Translations under genes and position numbers: made by a program
The notes under the pieces: model-generated
Database searches by the model: none
What the model saw: the letters and a program-made list of their open reading frames with translations, nothing else
Told to the model about the DNA's origin: nothing
Shown here: piece by piece, positions 16,604-28,298 of the stretch
Layout: the number at the start of each line of letters is the position of its first letter
Numbering within the stretch: the stretch's first letter is position 1
Virus record (IMG/VR): IMGVR_UViG_3300037067_017859
Location: 1-64,000 of that record
Direction: 5' to 3' (one strand)
Source of the DNA: a virus
Lineage: Duplodnaviria; Caudoviricetes
Length of the DNA stretch: 64,000 nt

Positions 16604-17881
16604 TTATTCCTTTGTGATCATACGCTTGTCGATATGCGTGTTGCCAAACGAAAGATATCTCACTGGAATATCGGGCGCAATTTCCGATAATCCATTAATC
16701 ACTGAGCTTGCTCTCCGAAGTCCATAGGAATAATCTTTATGATTTTCCATAATTTCCTTATTAATCTCGCGCAATTGCTCAAATGGTCGGCTACGATAGC
16801 AATCAGCATAAATCCAGATATTCTGATAATTAAGAGCATCCATGTGCGTTACGGCTAATTCGTCCACTTTCCTAAGAACATTCAATGTTTTGAGCGCGTA
16901 TTTGAACGCCGTCGCATCGAAATAGCCAATTCTCAAGTTTCCCTGCCATTTATTATTTTCGTTATGATCCTTCCGCGGCGCCAATCCATGCATGAGTAAA
17001 TCTGCGCTTTCAGTGACAAATGGACCTGCTCCATGCCGGGTAAAGTAAGTTCTAACCACGCCAATGGTTGTTATGTCTGAATCTGGCACACCGTATTTAA
17101 TAATCTCAAGGGCATTATTGAATGTGCAATCGGTCCAGGTAACGTGATTGCCAAAGCCGTGGGTTTCATCCAGGAGGACTCCCTGAGATCCCTCAAAGAC
17201 GACTGCATTTGGAATACTATGTTTTACGTCATAAAATGTGCCAATTTTAACTTTTGGAAGCCATGCTCTTAAATAAAAATCCCTTACGGATTCCGGAAGC
17301 TCATATTCCATTTGATCATAAAGATCTTGTGTTTCTTCACTATTGATGAATTTTTTGCATTGCTGGAGTTTTGTTGCTTTTATCCATTTAAGTCTTTCAA
17401 GAGAATGGTGACATCTAATATCTGAGACCTCGAGGAAAAGACCATCCAATTGATCCGCCCGGGCTTCCCCGATCCCCATTCCGCAAGATCCGTGTCTATT
17501 TTTCCCTCGAGACATTTCTTTGAGTCTATTAGCTCTCCAATGCCATGGGGTTATGATCACACTCTTGGGGTTTATGAGTAGGCGATCGAGACCATCATGA
17601 ACTCCACTGCTTTGCAGATCTACATTTTCAAGGAGCATCGCGTAGGGTTCAATAAGCATATATTCTGAAAGGTAGGTCCAGCACCCGGGAACGAAGGTGC
17701 CAGATCCAAATTGAGAAAATGTATGATGGAGGCCGTTAGGAAGCACAACATTGTGCGCCGCCTGCGGACCCCCATTGTATCGGACTACCCAATTGGCCTT
17801 GTGCTTCCGACAAAGGAAATCAACCATCGTTCCCTTGCCCTCGTCCCCGAAGGCCAAACCTGCGACAATAAATACTTTCAT
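16604..17881 (-). CDS. purA: Adenylosuccinate synthetase-like protein
   Basis: GLAFGDEGKG, RYNGGPQAAHNV, HGSCGMGIG, FEGSQGVLLD, TRHGAGPF. Confidence 0.85.
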   Translation of the reverse strand: MKVFIVAGLAFGDEGKGTMVDFLCRKHKANWVVRYNGGPQAAHNVVLPNGLHHTFSQFGSGTFVPGCWTYLSEYMLIEPYAMLLENVDLQSSGVHDGLDRLLINPKSVIITPWHWRANRLKEMSRGKNRHGSCGMGIGEARADQLDGLFLEVSDIRCHHSLERLKWIKATKLQQCKKFINSEETQDLYDQMEYELPESVRDFYLRAWLPKVKIGTFYDVKHSIPNAVVFEGSQGVLLDETHGFGNHVTWTDCTFNNALEIIKYGVPDSDITTIGVVRTYFTRHGAGPFVTESADLLMHGLAPRKDHNENNKWQGNLRIGYFDATAFKYALKTLNVLRKVDELAVTHMDALNYQNIWIYADCYRSRPFEQLREINKEIMENHKDYSYGLRRASSVINGLSEIAPDIPVRYLSFGNTHIDKRMITKE

Positions 17882-17899
17882 GGTTTCTCTCTCTGAAAT

Positions 17900-18937
17900 T
17901 TATAGTCTGTCCACGCCACCGGCAGGGCCGGAAACGGCTGGAAGGTTCTCTGCGGAGTATCTGCTGATTTCTCCGGTGGCTTTCGACAGTGGAACCAATG
18001 CAGAGCTTAGAGCTCCATCGGCAATCCCATCGGCAACCAGTTCATCGATTCCCACATATTCCTCACAGATTGCGACCGCGGATACGATGCATTCGCAAAT
18101 TTTGGCCGGATCTTGCAGTTTTATGACATTCTGTTGGCCAAGGAGATTGATCCAATACTTCTCCAGACTCTTGTCGTTATAATGTGAAGTCATCTGCGGG
18201 ATGATGAAGAACACGTTATATTTCTCCTGGAGTTCTTTCAGGATGTCTGAGAATTGTAGAGCATCTTGCACAGTGTCTCCGATAATATCACTGATCTTCC
18301 TTGGGGAGAGAACGTCATAAGCGTGTTCATCTCCTATAAAGAAGACGTAGCCCTTCCGACCTCTTTTTTCAAAATGATCGTGAACGGTGTGCCGAGCCAT
18401 GAAGTAGGCTGCTAATTCATATTCCTCTTCATAGGTTCCGCCACCATGGCCGGTGATCCAGAGGTTCGTCAAATTGTCATCGATTTCAATGCCGGATTCG
18501 AATTGGCCAATTTGGAAAGTTCCAGCATGTTTAAACATTGCCATAGCATCGTAATCGTCGACGGCGCCGATCATGATAGCCGGGTATCCTTCTCCCAGGT
18601 ATTTCTTACCGGAAGCCTTATCGTCCAGAAAGTGGCCCATCAATTTACTGAGAGCCTTTTGAATCATCCTGGGAACTTCCTGCATAGATCCGGTTGTGTC
18701 GGTAATGACAGCAATTGGCACCGAAATAGGATGAGCGTCGGAGTCTCGGGATTCCCTGATTTTTACTCCCTTTGGTTCCAATGAGGCATGCACCTTGGCA
18801 TCAATTGCTCCGCTTTTGATATCGGTATCGTATTTGAAAGTCGCCTTATCCTCGGTGATTCCCATAGCCGAGGCGTAATTTACTCTTGATGTGGTTCGAG
18901 ATTTGTAATCATCTTTTGAATAGTAACTACCGCCCAT
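17900..18937 (-). CDS. vWA domain protein
   Basis: MIDAS DTTGSM, GGG, FFIGDE. Confidence 0.8.
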   Translation of the reverse strand: MGGSYYSKDDYKSRTTSRVNYASAMGITEDKATFKYDTDIKSGAIDAKVHASLEPKGVKIRESRDSDAHPISVPIAVITDTTGSMQEVPRMIQKALSKLMGHFLDDKASGKKYLGEGYPAIMIGAVDDYDAMAMFKHAGTFQIGQFESGIEIDDNLTNLWITGHGGGTYEEEYELAAYFMARHTVHDHFEKRGRKGYVFFIGDEHAYDVLSPRKISDIIGDTVQDALQFSDILKELQEKYNVFFIIPQMTSHYNDKSLEKYWINLLGQQNVIKLQDPAKICECIVSAVAICEEYVGIDELVADGIADGALSSALVPLSKATGEISRYSAENLPAVSGPAGGVDRL

Positions 18938-18950
18938 AAATGAACTCCTT

Positions 18951-19952
18951 TCAGTTCTTTGGCATATTTAAAGCGAAAAACTTAGGTGGACCATATTCTT
19001 CTTTAGCGAGATTGATCCATCGTTCTTGAATGTTCCATGCATCGTCCGGGCGTGAAGCCGGGGATTCTGTCACACACCATTGAATAAGATCTCGGAAACG
19101 CTTTGGCATGTTTCCTGCGATAATATTTATGGATTTCATCAACATATAAATGTCCGTCCAGGGTCCGGCAGGTCTCTTTTTCTTGACCTCTGGAGGATAA
19201 TGCATTGAAAAATCCCGCACAATCGCGGGAATTGATTGACCGGCAGTACAGGAATAACACCAGTCAACAAGCTTTAATCCATGGTCCTTCGGATCATAAA
19301 GAAGATGACAAGGAAGAACTGCGCCATGGATAACTCCGGCATGGTGCGCAAACCCCAATACGCTAAGAGCTCGGTTCACCATCCAGACTATATGCCGGAA
19401 ATCTAGATTCCCGGCATGCAGGTCGACAATATCTTTGAGAGAAAAGACGTTCTGATCGTGATGGAGGATATTCACGCGCCGGCCAGAAGCCTTAACTCCC
19501 TGGATAAATATAGGAAGATATTTTCTGAAATTCTCAGGTTCAGCTTTCCATAGATGACCAAGCGCGGTTTTCTCACGATCCATTAAATCATTGTCTTTTG
19601 GACCCCGGACAATTTTTAAAATTACGTTGGGATCCTTCTCTGATTCCGCGGCGTAGAGATCACAAATATCTCCTTTGGTTAGAGCCTCTGAAAGCACACA
19701 GCCGGCAATAACGATTGGAGAGGACGTTGCCTTCTTTGTAAACCCGGTATACAGTTCTCCAAGTTTTTTAAAAGCCTCTTCCGCTCTCTTCTTATATCCA
19801 GCGGGGGCCGTATCAGGATGGCAAACCCTGGCATACCGCTTCCACCATTTTTCAGGGTCGGCTCCAGGGTCCAGCAAGTCCTTAAAAGTCTTAGCCTTTT
19901 CGATTGCAGTTAGATACGACTCCAGAGGTTCGTGCTTGGTTTTGGCTGGCAT
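18951..19952 (-). CDS. J-domain-like (HPD) + protein-kinase-like fold protein
   Basis: RVCHPD; ILKIV, HHAGVIHGAVLP, KLVDW, YPPEV, WTDIY. Confidence 0.7.
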   Translation of the reverse strand: MPAKTKHEPLESYLTAIEKAKTFKDLLDPGADPEKWWKRYARVCHPDTAPAGYKKRAEEAFKKLGELYTGFTKKATSSPIVIAGCVLSEALTKGDICDLYAAESEKDPNVILKIVRGPKDNDLMDREKTALGHLWKAEPENFRKYLPIFIQGVKASGRRVNILHHDQNVFSLKDIVDLHAGNLDFRHIVWMVNRALSVLGFAHHAGVIHGAVLPCHLLYDPKDHGLKLVDWCYSCTAGQSIPAIVRDFSMHYPPEVKKKRPAGPWTDIYMLMKSINIIAGNMPKRFRDLIQWCVTESPASRPDDAWNIQERWINLAKEEYGPPKFFALNMPKN

Positions 19953-20396
19953 TTTCTTCCTTTCTTTTTAATTTTCTCTCGAGATCGGCTTTTCTTTCGA
20001 GTTCGATTGTATCCATTGTTGCATTTTCTATTTCTTGAACAGAATGCAGGTCATGGGTAATAAACCATGAATAAATTGGGTCGAATCGTTTATATATGTC
20101 CATTTCCCACTTGGACATTTCTTTAACTTTTTTCTCCAGTTCCGCAACATAATTCTGGAGCCTTTCTATTGCATCGATATTCCTTAAACAAAGAGTTTTC
20201 AGATTATCGTTCTCAACCAAAAGATTTTCTATACGTCGACACAAATAACGATCCGTCTCATTAATAACAGAAGAGTAACTTAACGGGAATAACGGTCTCA
20301 TCCTTATTGGTTCTTCATTTTTTGGTTCATCCCATTTCATAGAAAAAGGATTCAATGGATTAAATGGATCTAATGGGCTTGTCATAGTTAAATCTC

Positions 20397-20684
20397 CTAT
20401 TGGTCTGATACAGCCGCATCAATTTTTCTTAATCTTCGTGCAATTTTCTCTGTCATTGGAACAGTCTTGCGCGGTTTGCGATTCCTCTTTATAGATTCAA
20501 ACCTCCTTATATCCCTTGAGAGTCCCAACATAGCCTCAGACCAGCCAACCGACACTTCCCATTGACCACCATTTTTTGTTTCCCAATGGACAACGGTTTC
20601 CCGGGTTACTTTAAGAATCTCTGCAACTTCTGATTGTCTGAGCCCGGTTTTTTTTCTTAATTCTCGAAATTCACAGCCCTTCAT
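20397..20684 (-). CDS. XRE-family HTH regulator
   Basis: LRKKTGLRQSEVAEILKVTRETVVHWE. Confidence 0.8.
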   Translation of the reverse strand: MKGCEFRELRKKTGLRQSEVAEILKVTRETVVHWETKNGGQWEVSVGWSEAMLGLSRDIRRFESIKRNRKPRKTVPMTEKIARRLRKIDAAVSDQ

Positions 20685-20707
20685 AAAACTTCCTCCCCGA
20701 TCGGGGC

Positions 20708-21136
20708 TTATTTCTTTTTCTTACGGAATATTGGTTTCTGCTTGGATTGTTGAAGAGAATGCACTGTTTCCATCAATGCCGGCAATTTAGTCATGATCTC
20801 TTCGATCTTCAACTGCATTCCCTTAATTAAAGGTTCAAGATGTTCAATATTGTATTGAAGGTCATTGACCTGGTGGGCAAGAGTCCAATCTTCATTCTCT
20901 GAACGGCCCAACTTTAATTTTTCAACAAGCATCTGTTGGGCAGTGATCCTCTGATCAAGCCTGGCAATATGCCTCCATGGATGCATGAATCTTCCCATTT
21001 CCGATTCATGAATCATAATTGGATTGGCGTTTTTCCGGCAGAGGAGTTCTCCATTATCAATCATTTTTTTAACGGTTTCCTCACTCATGCCCATAAGGTA
21101 TGCCGCTTCTGTAATACCAATATAGTAATCAGCCAT
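20708..21136 (-). CDS. Excisionase/MerR-like HTH protein with coiled coil
   Basis: ITEAAYLMGMSEETVKKMIDNGEL. Confidence 0.65.
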   Translation of the reverse strand: MADYYIGITEAAYLMGMSEETVKKMIDNGELLCRKNANPIMIHESEMGRFMHPWRHIARLDQRITAQQMLVEKLKLGRSENEDWTLAHQVNDLQYNIEHLEPLIKGMQLKIEEIMTKLPALMETVHSLQQSKQKPIFRKKKK

Positions 21137-22117
21137 AGTTATTTCTCCTTTATAAGCGTGGCATTGGCTAGAATAACATTGGCCTGATTGCCAATAAGTT
21201 TGAGTAGTTCGGCAGCGGCTCCGGGCCCCATCCCTTTACCAAAACTGAGAATTATTTGTTTAGCCCCGATTTGAGAAAACTTCTCCTTGTTTTCCGTATC
21301 TATTAAGACGATACAGGCTACCCTAAAACCAGCCTTGGTAATAATATTATCAAAATCACCACACATCTCGGCCGCAAGATGTTGGTGTTCATCAGGCGGG
21401 AGAGAGTGAAGATGCCCCGATGAAAAAGTAATATCTTCGCCACAAATATCGCATTTCATTGTATTGTCCTCCTAAAAAAACTGGAATGGGGGCAGCAACT
21501 CCGGAATCGGAGACGATGGTCAAATTCAATCATATAACCTTCTTCGCTACTAAATGAAGCAGCGGTTATTGTCATCCCGATAAGGGAATTAAGAAATTTC
21601 TGTTCATCTTCTTCTGTCCTGCATTCTTCAGTTGCTTGGTTATTCTCTTCCGAATTTATCATTATCCCTTATTCCCTTCTTGTCCAACTAATCCCTGTGA
21701 ACCTTGCAATAGTCCTTATCCGGACCTTCATGTGTCGAACACTGCTGACAAATTGGACGATCGCAGGTACAACTTGGATGCTCTCTCCGATATCCGATGG
21801 GCCAATCGCAAAGCAATTTCGCCGGCCGGCCGCAGTAGTAACAATGAAGAATAGTTTTACCGCGAGTGCAGGCAATCGCAATACCACCACCTGGGGTTTT
21901 TACTCGTTTACAGGGCATTCTACCTCCACAACCCACCGGGAATTGATACGCTCTACGACTTTGTATCCATCCCATCGGACGTTCAGAATTTCAGGAAAAC
22001 GACGTGATCGGCTTATGACAGTGCCACGAATATCTGCCAGATCCATTCCTGCGTATTTCTTGGATAAACATGGCCATACGCCCCGATTTATTGCCTCTGT
22101 GGTAAGTTTCACCCGTT

Positions 22118-23038
22118 TCATCGTTTATCCTCCGGAAATTCAAGCCACTCTTTCCCATCCAGGAGGCGACCGGAGGATTTTTTACCGACGCGAAACATTC
22201 TTACGCCATTAACATCAATTTCCTGAGACGACTTAACGTGTGGGTCAATACACGGAGATGGAACCCATTCGCCCCATTGCTTAAAGTGGAATGGAACCCC
22301 TGCCGCTTGCGCCTGGTCCCTCAGCGACCTTACCCAATCAGGATGCATAGGCCGTGCTCCAGGTCCAGATTCACCACCGACGATGAGCCAATCAATTCTT
22401 GCATCTCGAATTCTATGCGATTGCCGGTCAAATAGTCCTGAACCGGAAGAATATGATAGATCGTAATAAGTCCCATTCCCGGCCGGGATCGAATGCAAAT
22501 TAATTAGTCCAAGCAATGGTTCGCAACTCACAAAGAATCGTTGCGCCTTCAGTTTAAGCAACGATGGAATCCTTTTGTTCGCCGCCTCCTGATTTTCAAC
22601 CGTCGCTCCCGCCCAAGCATTCTCCGCCCATCCACCCCACCATCCTTGCGGAATAAACATTTCGGCATTTTCCGGTCGTTTTGACAACAGCAACCAATCC
22701 AGATGTGGAGTTTCTTCGATCAGCCTCCACAAATACGCTCGTGCCATTTGGATCTCGATCTCGTTTCTCTGCTGGAAAATGTCGCACATTGAGCCACAGA
22801 AAACCCGATACCGGACGCCAAGCTCCTTCGCCTTCCTGTTCCACTTCCTTGGTTCGTTCCAATGAGCTTCACCGAAGGTTCGCGCCAGCTTACCAGATCC
22901 GAAACAATCGAAGCCGCAGCGCTTTGATAATCTTTCGGCATAGCAGTTCAAACAGGCGGGGCTGCACTTGTTACAACCCCACCAAGGATTGAAGGTAAAA
23001 TGCGTCCAGCTAATTCCGCCTTCGTGCTGTTTGACCAC
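22118..23038 (-). CDS. Phage Gp37/Gp68 (DUF5131) family protein
   Basis: ISWTHFTFNPWWGCNKCSPACLNCYAE; VSCEPLLG; WLIVGGESGPGARPMHPDW; FKQWG. Confidence 0.9.
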   Translation of the reverse strand: MVKQHEGGISWTHFTFNPWWGCNKCSPACLNCYAERLSKRCGFDCFGSGKLARTFGEAHWNEPRKWNRKAKELGVRYRVFCGSMCDIFQQRNEIEIQMARAYLWRLIEETPHLDWLLLSKRPENAEMFIPQGWWGGWAENAWAGATVENQEAANKRIPSLLKLKAQRFFVSCEPLLGLINLHSIPAGNGTYYDLSYSSGSGLFDRQSHRIRDARIDWLIVGGESGPGARPMHPDWVRSLRDQAQAAGVPFHFKQWGEWVPSPCIDPHVKSSQEIDVNGVRMFRVGKKSSGRLLDGKEWLEFPEDKR

Positions 23039-23211
23039 GTTTCCCCCACCGTAAAGCGATGTTTTCTTTGCCCATAGCTTTCAACCTGGCGGGGCCCTTC
23101 GACAATCCCAGGAGATGCCCCTTGAAGACGACAGATGAAACTTTCCGATGGAGATGGATAGCAATCTCCCGATTACTGAAAGTTCGGTACATCGACTTGA
23201 GAACCTTCACT

Positions 23212-23988
23212 TCATCTTTTGTCCATCGAGGACGAACTATCTTTACTGTTTTTTTCATAGTTTTCTCCTTTAATTTGTTTAAATGAAATCACCCAAACCC
23301 AAGGATTTGATTCCCATGAACCACGTTTCAGATTTAAGGAATCCCATCCTTTTGCAAACCATTCACGAGCATTGCTATAATGCATTTGATATAGATCATA
23401 ACCTTTGGGTCCGCCCTCCTCCTGCGCGTCAAACTCACTGATATCCTGCAATCGTTGAACCCGGACCCCGATGACTTCAAGCTGGATCCGGGAAGCCCAC
23501 CGCGGCATAAATATTGATGGACGCCATTTTCCACCATATTTTTTAATCCCAAAGGTCGGAGCATATTTTAGATTTTTGACAACATCTCGATAGGAAGGAG
23601 CTTCCAGGATATATCCATGAGCCAGCCATATCCGGCCGCCATCTCCATCATTGATCCACGCGCCACACTTAGAATCGGCCGCATAACCAATAATAGGGCG
23701 ATCAGGGCTACACCAAGTTTCTCTCACCCAAAGCTGATCTCCGGTATAGCCATATGGGCAGTTAAAATATCTGCTATCTGAATCAAGGACATTAAGTCCA
23801 TCTAATATTATCCAATGGTGTTTATCCTTATTCCGGCGCAAGTTCGAATCGGTAGTATCCATTAACCGAGACAAGGTATAACCATCTCCCGGAGGTTGAA
23901 CCTGCATGATTCTTCGAGTTTGTCCCTTGCGACCTTCTTGAATTGCTCGGATCATTGGACTACTGAAAAGGATCGGGCGTTCTTGCAT
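23212..23988 (-). CDS. ASCH-like phage protein
   Basis: MQERPILFSSPMIRAI..GRK.QTRR, WVRETW, WRPSIFMPRWASRI, NPWVWVI. Confidence 0.75.
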   Translation of the reverse strand: MQERPILFSSPMIRAIQEGRKGQTRRIMQVQPPGDGYTLSRLMDTTDSNLRRNKDKHHWIILDGLNVLDSDSRYFNCPYGYTGDQLWVRETWCSPDRPIIGYAADSKCGAWINDGDGGRIWLAHGYILEAPSYRDVVKNLKYAPTFGIKKYGGKWRPSIFMPRWASRIQLEVIGVRVQRLQDISEFDAQEEGGPKGYDLYQMHYSNAREWFAKGWDSLNLKRGSWESNPWVWVISFKQIKGENYEKNSKDSSSSMDKR

Positions 23989-23989
23989 T

Positions 23990-24439
23990 TCAACTCTCCA
24001 TTTTTTGTATAAAAACCAAGCATCCAGCGGCGGCAGTTCCATCGGAATATTCTTTAATAAGACGCTCTATCACAATTTGTGAATCGTCATTCCAGCAAAT
24101 ACCTGTAAGAGCATCTTCGGCCGCCCGGGAAAGCTTCAGCGCATCCGGCCTAACCACCGGATATATTGGGGCCGATTTTTTCACCCGGCCATATTTATCG
24201 AAATGCCCTTTAGGTCTCGGAAGCATAAATGTGAAGGTGACGGCTAAGGGACCTTTGAATATTTCTATACCTTTTGCCATTTCACGTTTGGCTTCCCATT
24301 GGACAGTATGCCTCCAGGCGGCGCCTTTTTCATTGTCATCTTTGACAATGATTTTTTTGGTATATCGATGCCTGAAAGCCTTTTTTGAGCCGGCAGTCTG
24401 AGGTATCCCAGGAACAAAAAATCTAATATTCATCATCAT
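23990..24439 (-). CDS. rusA: RusA-like Holliday junction resolvase
   Basis: PDALKLSRAAEDALTGICWNDDSQIV. Confidence 0.85.
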   Translation of the reverse strand: MMMNIRFFVPGIPQTAGSKKAFRHRYTKKIIVKDDNEKGAAWRHTVQWEAKREMAKGIEIFKGPLAVTFTFMLPRPKGHFDKYGRVKKSAPIYPVVRPDALKLSRAAEDALTGICWNDDSQIVIERLIKEYSDGTAAAGCLVFIQKMES

Positions 24440-24632
24440 CTCCTTCTAAATCAGGGATCGGTTCGGTGGATCCCTTCCGCTTTTTTCTGAATTTTCTTAA
24501 TTTGACATTATCGAGTTTATAAACTGCGTATTCTTTCCCTGGATCGATGTCTACCAAACCTTCGGCTACGAGCAAAATATGGGAATTATATACTTGACTA
24601 CCATACGCCGAGAGCGGCGTAAGAAAAAACAA

Positions 24633-25385
24633 TCATGAGTACATATCCAAAATGCCTTGGCATTCTTCATCTTTTGGCGTTGGCTTGTTCAGAAGCCAAC
24701 AGTTAAACATTTCTTTGCCCGAGGTAAATCCCTTGCGCTCTTTTTTGGCGTAGAGATAGTCGAATAATCCCATCCACGCCCTTTCAATATGTGGCCATCT
24801 CTTAAATTGCTGTATTTTATTACTAGCCATGGGGCATCCCACACAGCCAAGACGTGAAAATCCTTCGTCATACAGCGAACAATAGGGAAGATTCCTAGAT
24901 TTAATAAACTGCCATACTTCGTAGTCTTCCCAATTAACGATCGGCGAAACTACGTATTGCTGGGTTTTTGTGTGGGCAGTGACCTCTTTCCATGCCTTCG
25001 CTCTGCGTTTGGACTCTGCCGCTCTTACTCCAAAAATCATCACAGAGCCGCGTGGCGTACTAGACTCCTTGTATATTTTGCAACACCATCGATGTTGAAA
25101 GGTTGGATAGCCGTTTGTTTTTGCCGCCTCGAAAAATGGCACTTTAGGCTTCACCCAAATCACATCGGGATGGTGTTTCTTTATGAATCGACAAAGCTCC
25201 GGCGGGTCAATCGTGGTAACGTTGTAATGCCAAACCACGTTAATCTCACCAAGTCGCGCAATTTCCTTTATAACGCAAGAGTCTTTCCCGCCTGAAAAAC
25301 ACCCGTAATACGGCCCATCCTTGGGCTGATACGTGCGTAGGAGTTCAATCGCCCGTTCCACCTTATCGCCGAACAAGTCTTTCAT
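24633..25385 (-). CDS. PAPS-reductase family protein
   Basis: FSGGKDS PP-loop, RWCCKIYK, GVRAAES, RLGCVGCP. Confidence 0.85.
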   Translation of the reverse strand: MKDLFGDKVERAIELLRTYQPKDGPYYGCFSGGKDSCVIKEIARLGEINVVWHYNVTTIDPPELCRFIKKHHPDVIWVKPKVPFFEAAKTNGYPTFQHRWCCKIYKESSTPRGSVMIFGVRAAESKRRAKAWKEVTAHTKTQQYVVSPIVNWEDYEVWQFIKSRNLPYCSLYDEGFSRLGCVGCPMASNKIQQFKRWPHIERAWMGLFDYLYAKKERKGFTSGKEMFNCWLLNKPTPKDEECQGILDMYS

Positions 25386-27749
25386 TTTCTATCCTTTGGG
25401 AATTCCATGGTAGTCAAGTATATAATTCCCCAAAATATCAGGTTCATCCTCGTCTTCGACGACTATCACCTGTTTCGGAAAAGCCATACATCACTCCAAT
25501 TCTGCCGCGGACAGCCACGCAAAAGGGATGCATGGCTGTTCCCTGATCCGCGGCATTCTTACATCCTGTCAGAGTTTGCCCGGAAGAAAGCAACATCGGA
25601 CCCTTCTTTTCGACTGAGGTTTTTAATTTCCAACAAATCTTTTTCAGCCTGCCGGCAATCATCACAACGGGCAGGGCCGCGGTACTTTACCTCAAGAGTC
25701 TTTCTGAATTGTTCGCACATAGGCACAGAAAGATTCCCACTTGGAGTTAACTTTGGACAACTCGTGCAATATTCGTTCCCTGTTCCGATTGTGACGACAA
25801 TCTTATGTCGAGGATTCCGTTCATACTTCTTTTCCTTCTGCGCCGGATTGTTTTTTAGCATTGGGTTCTCTCCATCCATTGATGATGTTTGCATAATGAT
25901 CGGGTATGCGTTTCTTCCCATTCATCCATTTGTAGACTGTCTCCGGCCGCACATTGAGCTTTTCAGCGGCGTCGACGTCATACATGCCAAGATCAAATAA
26001 AAGCTTGGTTAATTCGTCGGCTTTCATATTTTCCTTTATTTTTTCAGGGCTGCAAATTTACCGCAAACAACCCATGTAACCTTTTCTCCAGTCAGATAGG
26101 CATGGTCACTGCCGTCCTTGGACATGCATTGCTCGAGCTTGCTATTGCAACGACCCTTTGCCATAAGGAATATTCGCCAAACTCCCTCAAGATACTGGAC
26201 TTTCAAAAGAGTTCCGTCAGAAAAAGCCAAATAACATGGTTCTTCTTCCGAATCGTAATGGTTGAATTCTTCCGAAACATCCCCTTCGACCTCGACCAGA
26301 TCATCGCTTGCGCCATATATTGAGATCATATAACCTTCCTAATGTCTAAGACTTTCTATCATTTGCTGCACCATCTTCTGCGCAATTATTATTGCAGCCT
26401 GGCGCTGGATCTCCATCGCAAGAGTCTGAGGTTTGAGAGCTGCAACGGTCTCGTTGTAATTCATTTCGATATACCTTTGCGCCATTCCTTCCAGGATTCG
26501 GTTATAAAGGAAGTGCGACATGTGACTGGCTCCTCCCGGAAGAGGAAATTCTCCCGCTGGAACCTCAGCAACAATCTCCACCACTTCCTGCTTGTCCGGA
26601 GTTGTTTTTTTACGACTGAATATTGAAATCATTGCATCCATTCCTTTGGCGCTTTTAACCTGCGCAACAGAAACCGTTTCCACCAAGCCGGCCGTTCACA
26701 GGGGTTTTTTGTCAACGGGATATGAACATCTGTGCATTCGCTCGGATAAGCGCCCGAAGTCCACAGAACGTGATCTCCTCCTCGGTAGCAGATATGATCT
26801 CCCCTTTGAATCTCATCGGTTATATCCACTCTCTCGAGCATAAGCCCCCGATTACGCCAAACAGGAGACCCGCACAATAACCATACCCGTGTTTTATAGA
26901 ACTCTATTTCACCAACACGACCATAATAAAGTATACCCAATATATAACCCCCCTTCCATAAAAGCAAACATCTTATTAATATTCCTAACCTTTTATAAGT
27001 TTTGTTTCTTCAACTACGCGGTAATCTTCCGGATCAATATCAATGATCGGACCCGTGCCGGTGTAGATCTTGTCGGGCTTGGCCTGGTTCCCGGCACCAT
27101 ACAAATATTCCTCACTAACTTTTGAAAATTCAGCGTATATATTTCCAGCCATTTCCGAGATTGTTTTATCCATTTTTTCTTTTTGCGCCGCCAGGATCGT
27201 TTCAATCGCGGTCGCAGATAAACAACTCCTGCCAAAGTAAGGCAATGCAGGATCGACGTGAACCTCAGTTTTAGTAAAATATTTATCCGTAAAAATAGGA
27301 ACGTCTGTAGACCTTCGCCCCATGTCAAAATAGGTTTTCGTCATTTATATATCCCAGGTTTTCTTCCACTCAATACCGCACAGATCGCAACGGAAATAAG
27401 TAATATTTCTATTTTTATGGGCGGCCGCAAGAATGCACCCTGAACGATGACATGACGGACAAGGGCTTATGCTTATATTGTAAATTCCGATGCATGCATC
27501 TACCCCCTTTTGTCCGTATTTCGCCCTGATTATCTCAAGTTCCTCTTTTGTAATTGTTTTTGAAATTACTTTCCGCCAATGCCTATTCGTACCATTTTTC
27601 CCCGCAAACTTTGCAATGGCATTCCGTAATCCACGAACAACACGCACGACGACCAACCAGCCGGATTTCAACATCGCCATTATCTCCACAAATAGGACAA
27701 ATACGGATTTCTAGATTGAGTCGCCATGGCCGGCAACTAGACGCTAATT

Positions 27750-28298
27750 TTACTTTGACTGTTTGGTATTGCATGATGCCTCCTTTTTAACGGCATCCTC
27801 GGCTTGATGAACAACTTCTTTCGCTCTTTCACGAAGCTTTGAATATCCATATTTCATAACTCTCAGGAGTGCCTTCGCCTCAACAAGATATATTTTGGCA
27901 AATTTTGGATCCCGTTCGGCGATCGACGCGGTATTGGAAATAATATCTGCGTACTTTATTGTCTGAGCTTCTCCTGAAACAAATTCAAGCCGGTCTCTCT
28001 CAATTCTTTTACGAATGCTGCGTTTGGCGTCCTCTGGTTTGGTGATATGAGTCAGTTGCGCTACCAAACTGGCTACATGAGGGTCCAATTGAATCAAATC
28101 ATCCAGGAGCAATTCGGTATCCTCAAGGGTATCGTGCAGCCAGCCGGCAGCGATCTGATCTTCGCTGGCGTGGTATTCCTTGAGAATTTCGGCAACTTCC
28201 TTACAGTGATTTATGTAAGGTTCCCCGGTGTATTTCCGTACTTGCCCAGTGTGCCACAGAGAGGCCAGCACTTTAGCTTTTTCGACGATTGATTCCAT
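27750..28298 (-). CDS. HD-domain (p)ppGpp hydrolase-like protein (small alarmone hydrolase)
   Basis: HTGQVRKYTGEPYINH...AGWLHDTLED...IKYADIISN. Confidence 0.8.
   Translation of the reverse strand: MESIVEKAKVLASLWHTGQVRKYTGEPYINHCKEVAEILKEYHASEDQIAAGWLHDTLEDTELLLDDLIQLDPHVASLVAQLTHITKPEDAKRSIRKRIERDRLEFVSGEAQTIKYADIISNTASIAERDPKFAKIYLVEAKALLRVMKYGYSKLRERAKEVVHQAEDAVKKEASCNTKQSK

Noticed and set aside
16604-17881. PurZ (2-aminoadenine, Z-genome) synthase
   Set aside because: The catalytic Asp is retained (GDEGKG), whereas PurZ has Ser there; no MazZ/DatZ partner was recognised
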